A DNA stretch of 64,000 bases. It comes from an uncultured Clostridia bacterium. Lineage in GTDB: Bacteria > Bacillota > Clostridia > TANB77 > CAG-508. The notes under the pieces were generated by a model that saw nothing but the letters and a program-made list of their open reading frames with translations, made no database searches and had not been told where the DNA came from. Shown here piece after piece: positions 30,841-40,158 of the stretch. How positions within the stretch are numbered: the first letter of the stretch is position 1; every line of letters starts with the position of its first letter. The position numbers and the translations under genes were made by a program. The stretch lies in NCBI GenBank assembly GCA_934168355.1, contig CAKPNI010000003.1:15081-79080 (forward strand), in the 5' to 3' direction.

Positions 30841-33201
30841 TTATTTTTCAAACACTAATTTATCCCCATCTCTTGAAACTCTAATGTTATCTCCATCAAC
30901 AATATCGCCTCTTAAAATTCTTTCAGAAATTTCATCTTCAACATATCTTTGGATAGCTCTACGAAGAGGTCTAGCACCAAATTTAAGATTAGTTCCTTTT
31001 TCAAGCAAGAAATCTTTAGCATCTTTAGACACTTCCATAGTGATATTTTTATCATGTAGGGCAGAGGCAGTATCTTTAAGCATAAGGTTAACAATATCAA
31101 TTAATTGCTCATTAGTTAAGCTACTAAATGCAACAATTTCATCAACCCTGTTTAAAAATTCAGGTCTGAAAACATCTTTCAATCTCTCTTCAATTTTATA
31201 CTTATCAACTTCTGACTTACCAAATCCTATTGAGTTATTGTTCAAATTAGAACCAGCATTAGAAGTCATTATTATAATTGTATTTTCAAAACTAACAGTA
31301 TTTCCTTGAGAATCTGTAAGTCTACCATCATCAAGAACTTGAAGCAAAATATTAAATACATCTGGATGAGCTTTTTCTATTTCATCTAAAAGAATTATAG
31401 AATAAGGGTGACGTTTTACCTTGTCTGTTAATTGACCAGCATCATCATAACCAACATATCCCGGAGGAGCACCGATTAATTTTGCAGTTGAATTACTTTC
31501 CATATATTCAGACATATCTATTCTGATAATTGAATCTTCTGAGCCAAACATTTCATAACTTAAAGCTTTAGCAAGGGCAGTTTTACCAACACCAGTAGGT
31601 CCTACAAATATAAATGAAGGTGGACGTTTAGTTGATTTTAGTCCCGCTCTATTTCTACGAATAGCACGAGCTACTGCACTTACAGCTTCATCTTGACCAA
31701 TTATTTTTTTGTGAAGATTTGTTTCTAAGTTTAGAAGTTTTTGCGTTTCTTCCTCTGTTATTTTACTTACAGGAATTTTTGTCCAGCTTTCAATAACATT
31801 TGCGATATCTTGAACTGTAAGATTTTGAACTTTCATTGATGAATTTATTTTGTCAATTTCTTCCATTAAACGACATTCTTCAGTTTTTAGATTAGCTGCT
31901 TTTTGATAATCTTCTGTTGAATCAGTTGTAACAGCTTCATCTTTTTGTTCTTGGACTTCTTTTAATTTTTGACGTAATAATTCAAGTTTATATAAATCTT
32001 TATTTTCTAGGTTAATTCTTGAACAAGCCTCATCTAAAATATCTATTGCTTTATCTGGCAAAAATCTGTCATGAATATATTTTTCAGACATAATAACAGT
32101 TTGTTTAATTACATCTGTTGAAATTTTTACCTTGTGATAATCTTCATAATATTTTTTTATGCCATCTAGTATTCCAATAGAATCACTTACTGTTGGTTCT
32201 TCTATTAAAACTTGTTGGAATCTACGCTCTAAAGCTGTATCTTTTTCGATATATTTACGATATTCCTTAATTGTTGTTGTACCAATAAGTTGAATTTGAC
32301 CATTTGCTAAAGCAGGTTTTAAAATGTTTGCGGCATTCATAGCTGAATCACCATCTCCGCCCGCACCAGCACCTATGATTGAATGGATTTCATCTATTAC
32401 AAGAATTATGTTTCCATATTGAATACAATCTCCAATAATTCCTTTCATTCTTGCTTCAAATTGACCCCTGAATTGAGTTCCCGCAACAACAGAAGTCATA
32501 TCTAACAAATAAACTTCTTTATTTAATAACTTAGCAGGTACATTTTTAGATGCAATTTTTAGTGCTAAAGCATTTGCAATTGCAGTTTTTCCAACACCCG
32601 GTTCACCAATTAGGCAAGGATTGTTTTTAGAACGTCTATTTAAAATTTGGATAACTCTTTGAAGTTCTTTGTCACGACCAATTACCATGTCAAGTTCATT
32701 ATTTTGAGCTTTGAAAGTAAGGTTGGTACCATATGTATCCAAAAATTTCTTTTTCTTATTTTTCTTCTTTTCAGGTTTAACTTTTTTCTTAGTATTTCCA
32801 TTACCACTTGTAACTTGCTGACCTTGTGGCTCTGGTCCACCAAATATGTTTCCAAAGATTGAACCCAAAGGAATTGCTCCTGCAAAAACTTTTGGAGCTT
32901 CATTTTCGTCATATTGTTCTTCATCATCTTCTTCGTTTACAGGGATGGCTCCAAGTTCGATACCATCAATTGAACCTAAATTTTCAGAAAGATTTTTGAA
33001 TAATCCTTCTAGTTGTTTGTTCATTTGTTCAGATTGATTATTTATAATTGTTTGATTTTGCGCTTTTAATATTTCATCTGTGTTTATTCCTAATTTTTTA
33101 GCACAATTTATGCATAAACCTTCCATTTCTCTTTTTCCATCCGGTGTGATTTTACTAGAGAAGATAGAAGCTTGATTTTTTTTACACATTGAACATATCA
33201 T
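30841..33201 (-). CDS. clpE: Hsp100/Clp two-AAA+ ATPase with N-terminal zinc-ribbon (ClpE-like)
   Basis: N-terminal CSMCKK...CINCAKK. Two P-loops (GEPGVGKTAI, GPTGVGKTAL) and two Walker B motifs (ILVIDEIH, IILLDEIEKAH). No Clp_N repeats. Confidence 0.75.
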   Translation of the reverse strand: MICSMCKKNQASIFSSKITPDGKREMEGLCINCAKKLGINTDEILKAQNQTIINNQSEQMNKQLEGLFKNLSENLGSIDGIELGAIPVNEEDDEEQYDENEAPKVFAGAIPLGSIFGNIFGGPEPQGQQVTSGNGNTKKKVKPEKKKNKKKKFLDTYGTNLTFKAQNNELDMVIGRDKELQRVIQILNRRSKNNPCLIGEPGVGKTAIANALALKIASKNVPAKLLNKEVYLLDMTSVVAGTQFRGQFEARMKGIIGDCIQYGNIILVIDEIHSIIGAGAGGDGDSAMNAANILKPALANGQIQLIGTTTIKEYRKYIEKDTALERRFQQVLIEEPTVSDSIGILDGIKKYYEDYHKVKISTDVIKQTVIMSEKYIHDRFLPDKAIDILDEACSRINLENKDLYKLELLRQKLKEVQEQKDEAVTTDSTEDYQKAANLKTEECRLMEEIDKINSSMKVQNLTVQDIANVIESWTKIPVSKITEEETQKLLNLETNLHKKIIGQDEAVSAVARAIRRNRAGLKSTKRPPSFIFVGPTGVGKTALAKALSYEMFGSEDSIIRIDMSEYMESNSTAKLIGAPPGYVGYDDAGQLTDKVKRHPYSIILLDEIEKAHPDVFNILLQVLDDGRLTDSQGNTVSFENTIIIMTSNAGSNLNNNSIGFGKSEVDKYKIEERLKDVFRPEFLNRVDEIVAFSSLTNEQLIDIVNLMLKDTASALHDKNITMEVSKDAKDFLLEKGTNLKFGARPLRRAIQRYVEDEISERILRGDIVDGDNIRVSRDGDKLVFEK

Positions 33202-33236
33202 TTTGTCTTTTCCTCATTTCTTTTTTAGATTTTTGC

Positions 33237-33272
33237 TTTGTGAAAAGTGCTTGAATTGTAGTTTTTCACAAA
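33237..33272 (-). promoter_or_regulatory. Perfect 10-bp inverted repeat in the clpE-like leader
   Basis: tttgtgaaaa - 16 nt - ttttcacaaa lies between a TTGACA/TATCAT-type promoter (read on the minus strand) and the RBS. Confidence 0.35.
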
Positions 33273-33434
33273 TTATATGATACCGTAAAAGAGGGAGAAT
33301 GTCAAGAAAAAATTTTTCATAATTATTGCATTTTATGAAAATTTGTTATATTATAAGAAGGTAATTTTAATGTCAATGTATAAAAAAATTAAATCATAAA
33401 ATATTCGTAAAATTTAATTAAAAAGAAAAAGCAG

Positions 33435-33881
33435 GTGATAAAGATAAAACATAGACTTAATATATTTATAGACGAAAGTGGAGATTTTGGATTTACAAAA
33501 GGAAGTTCAGAGTTATATGGTGTGTCATTTACAATACATGAAAGTGATAAAAATATTAAAAATGAGTTAAAATATTTAAATGATAGACTAAAGAAAGCTA
33601 ATTATGATGGAATGATACATCTTGCCGATTTGGTTGCAAAAAGAGGAGAATATGCAAATTTTAACTTAGAGAAAAGAAAAAATATTTTTTGGTCGATTTT
33701 TTATTTTTCTAAAAGAGTAGATGTAAAAATACATACAATTATGGTAGATAAACGATTTAAAAATAATAGAGTACAATTGAATAGAGAGTTAGCATATAGA
33801 ATAAAAGCAGAAAAATATTTTTTCAGTGTAAAAGAAATTTTGGGAATTATAAGGCAATTAAAACCTAAAAGGTGGAAATAA
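33435..33881 (+). CDS. DUF3800-family protein (possibly shortened)
   Basis: N-terminal IFIDESGDFG is the DUF3800 signature. Confidence 0.5.
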   Translation: MIKIKHRLNIFIDESGDFGFTKGSSELYGVSFTIHESDKNIKNELKYLNDRLKKANYDGMIHLADLVAKRGEYANFNLEKRKNIFWSIFYFSKRVDVKIHTIMVDKRFKNNRVQLNRELAYRIKAEKYFFSVKEILGIIRQLKPKRWK

Positions 33882-33910
33882 AAAAGCTACTCTTTTACGA
33901 ATAGCTTTTT
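33881..33910 (+). terminator. Rho-independent terminator
   Basis: aaaaagcta - loop - tagcttttt. Confidence 0.5.
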
Positions 33911-34135
33911 GCGACGCTCAGCGTCTACACGGGTTTGGTCCTTTTGAGACCAATAGAATAAATATATATTTACATATGTATTATATTCTTAAACTTTTTT
34001 TATTATACATTATTTTTGCAAATTTGTATATAGTTTTTAAAAATTTTTCAGGATTTAGTCTTGAAAATTTTTTATAATTATTGCTATTTCCAAAAAGATA
34101 TAATATAATGACAAAAAAAGAAGGAGGAAGAAAAA

Positions 34136-34777
34136 ATGGCAACATATATAATAATAGCAATAATAGCTTATGCAATAGGAAGCATAAATTTTTCAGTACT
34201 AATAAGCAAAAAAATGGCAGGATTTGATGTTAGGGAAAAAGGAAGCGGAAATGCAGGTTCTACAAACATGTTACGTTCAGTAGGAAAAAAAGCAGCAGCA
34301 TTAACACTTTTATGTGATATACTAAAAGGAGTAGTAGCAATACTAATAGCCTTAATAGCTGGAAAAATCGTAAAAAATGTAGACAGAGCAGTGCTTGTTC
34401 AAATAGCAGGAATCTTAGTTGTAGTTGGTCATACTTTTCCAATATTCTTTGAATTCAAAGGAGGAAAAGGAGTTGCAACATCACTTGGAGTAATAATGAT
34501 GATAAACTGGAAAATAGGACTAATATGCTTAGTATTTGCACTAGCCATTATGGCATTTAGTAGAATGGTATCAATGGGTTCTGTTGGGGCGGCAATTTTA
34601 TTCCCTGTTTTAACATTATTTATAAACACAAACTTTATAGTCCAAACAAGTGGAATGAAATATTTTATATTTAGTGTTATTTTAGCAGCAATAGTTATAT
34701 TTAACCATAGAGCAAATATAAGAAGAATTGCAAATGGAACAGAAAATAAATTAAGTTTCAAAAATACGAATAAATAA
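34136..34777 (+). CDS. plsY: Glycerol-3-phosphate acyltransferase PlsY
   Basis: IGSINFS..GSGNAGSTN..GHTFPIFFEFKGGKGVAT are canonical PlsY motifs. Confidence 0.9.
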   Translation: MATYIIIAIIAYAIGSINFSVLISKKMAGFDVREKGSGNAGSTNMLRSVGKKAAALTLLCDILKGVVAILIALIAGKIVKNVDRAVLVQIAGILVVVGHTFPIFFEFKGGKGVATSLGVIMMINWKIGLICLVFALAIMAFSRMVSMGSVGAAILFPVLTLFINTNFIVQTSGMKYFIFSVILAAIVIFNHRANIRRIANGTENKLSFKNTNK

Positions 34778-34811
34778 TTTTGGGGTAAAATATTTATAAA
34801 ATAATAAGATT

Positions 34812-34888
34812 TTTTTCGCGAAAAGAAACGGTCCTAGTGGAAAATGATACGATCTTTTCGTGAAAAGAAACGGTCCCAATGGAAAAAA
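34812..34888. repeat. Repeat family, copy F (two direct half-elements)
   Basis: ttcgcgaaaagaaacggtcctagtggaaaa and ttcgtgaaaagaaacggtcccaatggaaaa. Confidence 0.75.
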
Positions 34889-34913
34889 TACAGCAGAGGA
34901 AAGGAAGAAAAAA

Positions 34914-35906
34914 ATGAAAAAAATAGCAATCATAGGAAGTGGAAGCTGGGGAGTAGCCTTAGCAATCCACTTGGCAAAAAATGGAAACAAAATAAAAATA
35001 TGGTCATTTGCACAAGATGAGGCAGATTTGATAAATAATGAAAAAAAATGCAAATTTTTACCAAATGCGGTAATTCCGGAAAATGTGGAATGTACGACAT
35101 CATTTGAAGATGCATTAAATGGTGCAGAACTTATTTTGCAAGTTACACCATCAAAATTTACAAGAGATACAGTAAAACAGTATAAACAATATGTAGATGT
35201 AAAAAATCAACCGATAGTTGTATGTTCAAAAGGAATAGAAAAAGATACAGCAGATACTTTAGACGAAATAATATTAGAAGAAATTCCGGGAGCAAGAGTT
35301 GGAGCTTTATCAGGACCAAGTCATGCTGAAGAAGTATCAATAGCCGTACCAACTGTATTAGTAATAGGTTCAAAAGACGAAGAAATAAAAAAAATAGTAC
35401 AAGATGCATTTATGAATGAATATATGAGAATATATACAACAAACGACATAAAAGGTGTAGAATTAGGTGGAGCATTAAAAAACATTATAGCATTTTGTGC
35501 AGGAGTTGCAGCAGGAATTGGATTTGGAGATAATACTTTTGCAGCATTAATCACAAGAGGATTGGTAGAAATTAGAAAACTTGGAGTTGCATTAGGTGGA
35601 GAAAAAGATACGTTTTATGGATTAAGTGGCTTAGGTGACTTGATAGTAACTTGTTTAAGTGAACATTCAAGAAATAGAAAAGCAGGATTTTTAATTGGCA
35701 AAGGAAAAACAATTGAAGAAACAAAAAAAGAAGTTGGAATGGTTATAGAATCAATAGATAATATAGAAGTTGCAAAAAGATTAAGTGATGAATTAAATTT
35801 GGAGCTTCCGATTTTAAATACTGTTTACGATATTTTATATAATAATTTAGAGCCTAAAAAAGCTGTTGAAATGTTGATGACAAGAAAGAAGAAACAAGAG
35901 GACTAA
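34914..35906 (+). CDS. gpsA: NAD(P)H-dependent glycerol-3-phosphate dehydrogenase
   Basis: MKKIAIIGSGSWG Rossmann start, GALKNIIAFCAG motif. ATG 34914 lies downstream of repeat copy F. Confidence 0.9.
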   Translation: MKKIAIIGSGSWGVALAIHLAKNGNKIKIWSFAQDEADLINNEKKCKFLPNAVIPENVECTTSFEDALNGAELILQVTPSKFTRDTVKQYKQYVDVKNQPIVVCSKGIEKDTADTLDEIILEEIPGARVGALSGPSHAEEVSIAVPTVLVIGSKDEEIKKIVQDAFMNEYMRIYTTNDIKGVELGGALKNIIAFCAGVAAGIGFGDNTFAALITRGLVEIRKLGVALGGEKDTFYGLSGLGDLIVTCLSEHSRNRKAGFLIGKGKTIEETKKEVGMVIESIDNIEVAKRLSDELNLELPILNTVYDILYNNLEPKKAVEMLMTRKKKQED

Positions 35907-35952
35907 TTTAAGTATAAAATGGTTATATTAATACATAATAAATAAAGTTGTA

Positions 35953-36006
35953 CTTTTTGGACCGGTTCTTTTATGAACATGTTCATAAAAGAACTGGTCC
36001 AAAAAG
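35953..36006. repeat. Palindromic repeat, copy G (GGACCGGTTC variant)
   Basis: ctttttggaccggttcttttatgaac atg ttcataaaagaactggtccaaaaag. Confidence 0.8.
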
Positions 36007-36029
36007 AGCAAAAAGAAAGGATGATATAT

Positions 36030-36587
36030 ATGGAATTTTTTGACAAATTAACAAAAAAAGCGTCAGAAACATACAAGGGAGCAGCAGAAAAAACAAGTAA
36101 AATAGCAAAAGAAGCAAAACTAAAATTAAAGATAAATGAAAACAAATCTAAAATAAATGATTTATATGAAGAAATAGGAAAAAAAGTTTACCAAAAACAT
36201 ACAGAAACAGGAGATGTTTGCATAAAAAAAGACCTAGAAGAAGAATGTGCTAAAATTGACATTTTATCTGCTGAAATAGAAAAATATCATAAGGAGATTT
36301 TAGAGTTATCAGATTTAAAAACATGTGTCAAATGTAAAGAGCCAATGGATGTAAATGCAAAATTCTGCCCTAAATGTGGAGCAGAACAACCTGTAGCTGA
36401 AGAAGCTCCAGCTATGGAAGTTGAGGTTGTAGATAATGAAAAAGAAGACACACAAGAAACTTCTGAAAAGGTAGAAGAAACAAGTGAAAACGAAGAAAAA
36501 ACAGCAGAACCAGTAAACACAAATTCTGTATGGGATGGAACAGATACAGTTGAAGCAGAAAATAATGATGATAACAAAACAGAATAG
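36030..36587 (+). CDS. Zinc-ribbon domain protein with coiled-coil N-terminus and acidic tail
   Basis: CVKCKEPMDVNAKFCPKCG zinc ribbon. ATG 36030 after AAAGAAAGG. Confidence 0.5.
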   Translation: MEFFDKLTKKASETYKGAAEKTSKIAKEAKLKLKINENKSKINDLYEEIGKKVYQKHTETGDVCIKKDLEEECAKIDILSAEIEKYHKEILELSDLKTCVKCKEPMDVNAKFCPKCGAEQPVAEEAPAMEVEVVDNEKEDTQETSEKVEETSENEEKTAEPVNTNSVWDGTDTVEAENNDDNKTE

Positions 36588-36606
36588 TAGATAAATTAAT
36601 GATGGA

Positions 36607-36888
36607 TTAGTAAGGATAGCGTTCAAAAAGATATTTTATAATATCATTAGCATTATACTCTGAGATTTTTATAAATATATCTTTATCCAAACTAATCCAC
36701 ATTTTTATGTCAAAATTTTCCTCATTATCTATATATGCGGCAATTAAATCAGTAATTTCTATTGGATTTTCATATTTTTTTTGCCATCTCAAATTTTTTT
36801 CTATTTCAAGATTGGTGTCATAATATTCACTTAAAAATTCGTTTAGCTCGCCTGGCTTGTGGCTTTGTAATTTAACTATTGCGTGCAT
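36607..36888 (-). CDS. Hypothetical protein
   Basis: 93-aa ORF convergent with the upstream gene. No motif recognised. Confidence 0.3.
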   Translation of the reverse strand: MHAIVKLQSHKPGELNEFLSEYYDTNLEIEKNLRWQKKYENPIEITDLIAAYIDNEENFDIKMWISLDKDIFIKISEYNANDIIKYLFERYPY

Positions 36889-37195
36889 TTTGTACCTCCA
36901 TTTTATTCTTAGTATTTGAAATAATAATAAAATTATACATTGTGGGGAAAAATAGTTTTTAGAAGAAATATATTATGTATGAGTAAAAATACTTAAAATA
37001 CGTAAATGTTACGATAAGTTGACATTTGTGTTTCATTTTGTAAAGTAAAATGAAGAAAATAAAGAATATAATAATGTATATTTAGAACCTCAAAATCCTA
37101 TATATCAAGTTTTAAAACAAATACTAATAAGTAGAATATATAATTTAAATAAATAAAAAAGTAGAAAAAAGTCGATAAAAACATTGACAAAAATC

Positions 37196-37224
37196 TTGAA
37201 AAAACATATATATATGTATATAAT
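37196..37224 (+). promoter_or_regulatory. Sigma-A-type promoter candidate
   Basis: TTGAAA - 17 nt - TATAAT. A second TTGACA sits at 37184. Confidence 0.45.
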
Positions 37225-37250
37225 TTAATATACGAAGGAGGAATAAATAA

Positions 37251-38726
37251 ATGAACAAAAAATCAACTTTAGGGAAGGTTGCAAATAGTTACTTGACACA
37301 TACAGAGAAAAATAGAGGAATTACTTTGATTGCACTTGTTGTAACTATAATTTTGCTTTTGATTTTGGCAGGTGTTAGTATTAGTATGTTGACTGGGCAA
37401 AATGGGATTTTAAATAGGGCGTCAGAGGCAAAGGAAAAGACGGAACTAGGTCAAAAACAAGAAAAATCAGATATGGCAGGTTTAGAAGATTTAATAAATG
37501 AGAGTGTAGATGGTACATCTGTAGAACAGGTATCTGATAAAAATCCTGGAGTACTAGAACAAGATGAATTAGATAGAAATGTGTATAGTATAAATAGTAT
37601 TGAAGATTTAGTATTTTTCGCATATGATGTAGGGAATAATGATAATACATATGAAGGAAAAACGGTTAAATTGGGATTAAGTTTGGATTTTAATTCTAGT
37701 AAGTCATATGTGGATGCATTTAGAACTGATTATGGAAAATATGGTTATAATGGAGAGTTGAAAACTTTGCTTACAAGCGGAGAGGGATTTTTGCCTATTG
37801 GAAATATAAGTGATGGAAACTGTATTTTTAAAGGTACTTTTGATGGAGCTGGACATAATATAAGAACTCTTTTTATAAATAAAGTTATAAATGATAATAC
37901 TAGTACCAAAACATATCAGGTAGGATTTTTTGTTGTATCATCAGGAGTAATAAAGAATTTTGGTTTAGAAAAGATTAATGTGGGTGTAGAAGGAAAGAAT
38001 AATGTTGGTATTTCAACAAGCGGACTAGTAGCCAGAAATTATGGTGATATTGAAAATTGTTATGTAACAGGAAGTTTAAAGGGAGAAACAGACAAAGGAA
38101 ATATAAATGTTAGTGGAATTGTTGGACAAAATCATAAGAATATTAGTAATTCATATAATAAAGCAAGCATAACAGGAAGCACAAATGGTGGATATACTTA
38201 TATATCAGGAGTATCAGCAGGAAATAAAAGCGATGCTGTAATAAACAGTTGCTATAATATGGGAAATATACTAATGTCAGGAAATATTGACCAAGATAAA
38301 TATGCATTATGTGGTGGTATAACAGGAGGACAAGAAGGGGGAAAAATAACGAATTGCTATAATGGCGGAGAAATAAAAGCAGATAGTGAATCTGATGCGT
38401 ATAGAGTTGGAGGTTTGATTGGAAATTGCAATGGAATAGTTGAAAACAGTTATAATTATGGAAAAGTAAACGCCAAATACGAAATAAACACTGGAGCAAT
38501 AGCTGGTAGTATAAATAATGATAATACTGCAGCGAAACTGGATAATTGTTATTGTTTGGGAGAAGTAATAAATAATGGAAATGGAAACGATATAAATATT
38601 AATAAATACGGTGTTATAATAAAAAAATCAGACGAGTTGAAGGCTTTGAATGGCATTTTAGGAGAAAAATTTAAAAAGGATAAAGCCAATATAAACAATG
38701 GATATCCAATATTGAGTTGGCAGTAG
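37251..38726 (+). CDS. Prepilin-type N-terminal domain protein with GLUG-motif repeats
   Basis: N-terminus RGITLIALVVTIILLLILAGVSISMLTGQNGILNRASEAKEKT. The body has about 7 repeats of the G(G/L)(I/V)(G/A)xN...NCYN type (SGLVARNYGDIENCY, GGLIGNCNGIVENSYN). Confidence 0.6.
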   Translation: MNKKSTLGKVANSYLTHTEKNRGITLIALVVTIILLLILAGVSISMLTGQNGILNRASEAKEKTELGQKQEKSDMAGLEDLINESVDGTSVEQVSDKNPGVLEQDELDRNVYSINSIEDLVFFAYDVGNNDNTYEGKTVKLGLSLDFNSSKSYVDAFRTDYGKYGYNGELKTLLTSGEGFLPIGNISDGNCIFKGTFDGAGHNIRTLFINKVINDNTSTKTYQVGFFVVSSGVIKNFGLEKINVGVEGKNNVGISTSGLVARNYGDIENCYVTGSLKGETDKGNINVSGIVGQNHKNISNSYNKASITGSTNGGYTYISGVSAGNKSDAVINSCYNMGNILMSGNIDQDKYALCGGITGGQEGGKITNCYNGGEIKADSESDAYRVGGLIGNCNGIVENSYNYGKVNAKYEINTGAIAGSINNDNTAAKLDNCYCLGEVINNGNGNDININKYGVIIKKSDELKALNGILGEKFKKDKANINNGYPILSWQ

Positions 38727-38819
38727 TATTTTTGGAAAAATTAAAAATGAATACGAAAAAAATTATCAAATTGGAAAGTATGGTTTTTTAAGACTAGAAG
38801 AATATGGATACTTTAAAAA

Positions 38820-39062
38820 ATGAAAGTAAAAGATAATCTAGTAAATGTTATGAGAGTTGGAAATATAGATTATATTTCGTTAACTGATTTAGCAAGATAT
38901 AAAAATCCTTTAACTCCTGGGTATGTTATTATTAAATGGATGAGTAATAAAAGTTTTTTTGATTTTTATTGCTTATGGGAAGAACTTTCATCCAAAAATA
39001 AAAAATCCACAAAACCATTTGCAAAATCTCAAAAATGTGCTATAATAAACAAAGCAAATTGA
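38820..39062 (+). pseudogene. KilA-N domain gene remnant
   Basis: VGNIDYISLTDLARYKN...IIKWMSNKSFFDFYCLWEEL matches the KilA-N N-terminal half. The sequence then degenerates and the ORF runs into the 5' end of rnpB. Confidence 0.45.
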
Positions 39063-39424
39063 TTAGTCGCTGGCAAAACTCGAAAGGGTTTGCGAGAGGA
39101 AAGTCCGGGCTCCAAAGAGCAATGATGCTAGATAACGTCTAGTGAGGGAAACCTTAAGGAAAGTGCAACAGAAAATAACCGCCATTAGTTTTGAATGTTA
39201 GGTTCTTGTTAAACTAATGGTAAGGATGAAAAGGTGAGGTAAGAGCTCACCGGCTGTAAGGTGACTTATGGCGTCAGTGTAAACCCCATCTGGAGCAACA
39301 CCTAAAATGGATATAAAACACCTGCTCGGTGGTCCAAACCTGTGTGGCTTGAGCTATATAGTGATGTATAGACTAGATAAATGACTAATTTAAAAGACAG
39401 AACCCGGCTTACAGATTTGCGCTT
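39052..39424 (+). ncRNA. rnpB: RNase P RNA, bacterial class A
   Basis: GAGGAAAGTCCGGGCTCC, GGTAAGGATGAAAAGGTGAGGTAAGAGCTCACC, GTAAACCCCATCTGGAGCAA and ACAGAACCCGGCTTA are universal class A blocks. P2 pairing attagtc/gactaat. Ends are +/-10 nt. Confidence 0.85.
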
Positions 39425-39495
39425 AAATATAGTTATAAAAACGTTTAAATTAACAAAAAATGTAAAGAATAATATTAAAAACTCTTAAGTAAGAG

Positions 39496-40158
39496 GTGAT
39501 AATATTGTTCTTTTTTTATATGCTTTCAATACTAGTTATAATACTTACAATATTAGTAATTAATACAACAATACAAATACATATAGAAAATTTAAAAATT
39601 ACAATACCAAAAAAAAACAAAAGAAACATAAATAAAGACTATAAAATATTAATAAAATTCTATATATTAAACAAAATCAACTATTTAAAACTAGATATAA
39701 CCAAAACGAAAATGGAAAAAAGAATTATAAGAAAAAATATAAACAAAATAAAGAGAAAAATCGAAAAAGACCAAAACAAAATAGACACTAAAGTATTAAA
39801 AAGTCTAAAAAATATAAAATGGAATATAAAAAGATTAAATTTAAAAATAAATTTGGGATTAGAAGATGCTTCAAAAAGTGCTATATTTGTTGGGCTTTTG
39901 TCAGCAATAATATCAGTAGGTTTAGGAATATTAAAAAATAATAAAAAATTAACTAAAAATGACGAAATTTACTGGAAAATAATTCCTATTTATCAGGGGG
40001 AAGTATCAATAAAAATAGGCTTAAATATAATTGGGAAAATAAAAATAAAAGACATAATAAAATTTTTGCTTGGACAAAAAAAGCAAAGATATATTGCAAA
40101 AATAAAATGCAATGATATAATAAGTAAAAAAAGAAAACAGGAGAAAAAATATGGATGA
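39496..40158 (+). CDS. DUF2953/YtfI-like sporulation membrane protein (start uncertain: GTG 39496, TTG 39505 or ATG 39520)
   Basis: N-terminal TM helix, K-rich middle, and a LGLEDASKSAIFVGLLSAIISVGLG block resembling YtfI. ytfJ lies 4 kb downstream. Confidence 0.5.
   Translation: MIILFFFYMLSILVIILTILVINTTIQIHIENLKITIPKKNKRNINKDYKILIKFYILNKINYLKLDITKTKMEKRIIRKNINKIKRKIEKDQNKIDTKVLKSLKNIKWNIKRLNLKINLGLEDASKSAIFVGLLSAIISVGLGILKNNKKLTKNDEIYWKIIPIYQGEVSIKIGLNIIGKIKIKDIIKFLLGQKKQRYIAKIKCNDIISKKRKQEKKYG

Noticed and set aside
33911-33955. GC-richer hairpins after the DUF3800 gene, including ttggtc-CTTTTGA-gaccaa, which resembles a tRNA-Lys anticodon arm (possible tRNA fragment or att site).
   Set aside because: No T arm (GGTTCGA..), acceptor stem or D arm can be built, so it is too weak to call.
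38727-38819. Mini-ORF MNTKKIIKLESMVF upstream of the KilA-N remnant.
   Set aside because: It has no RBS, no recognisable similarity, and lies in decayed accessory DNA.
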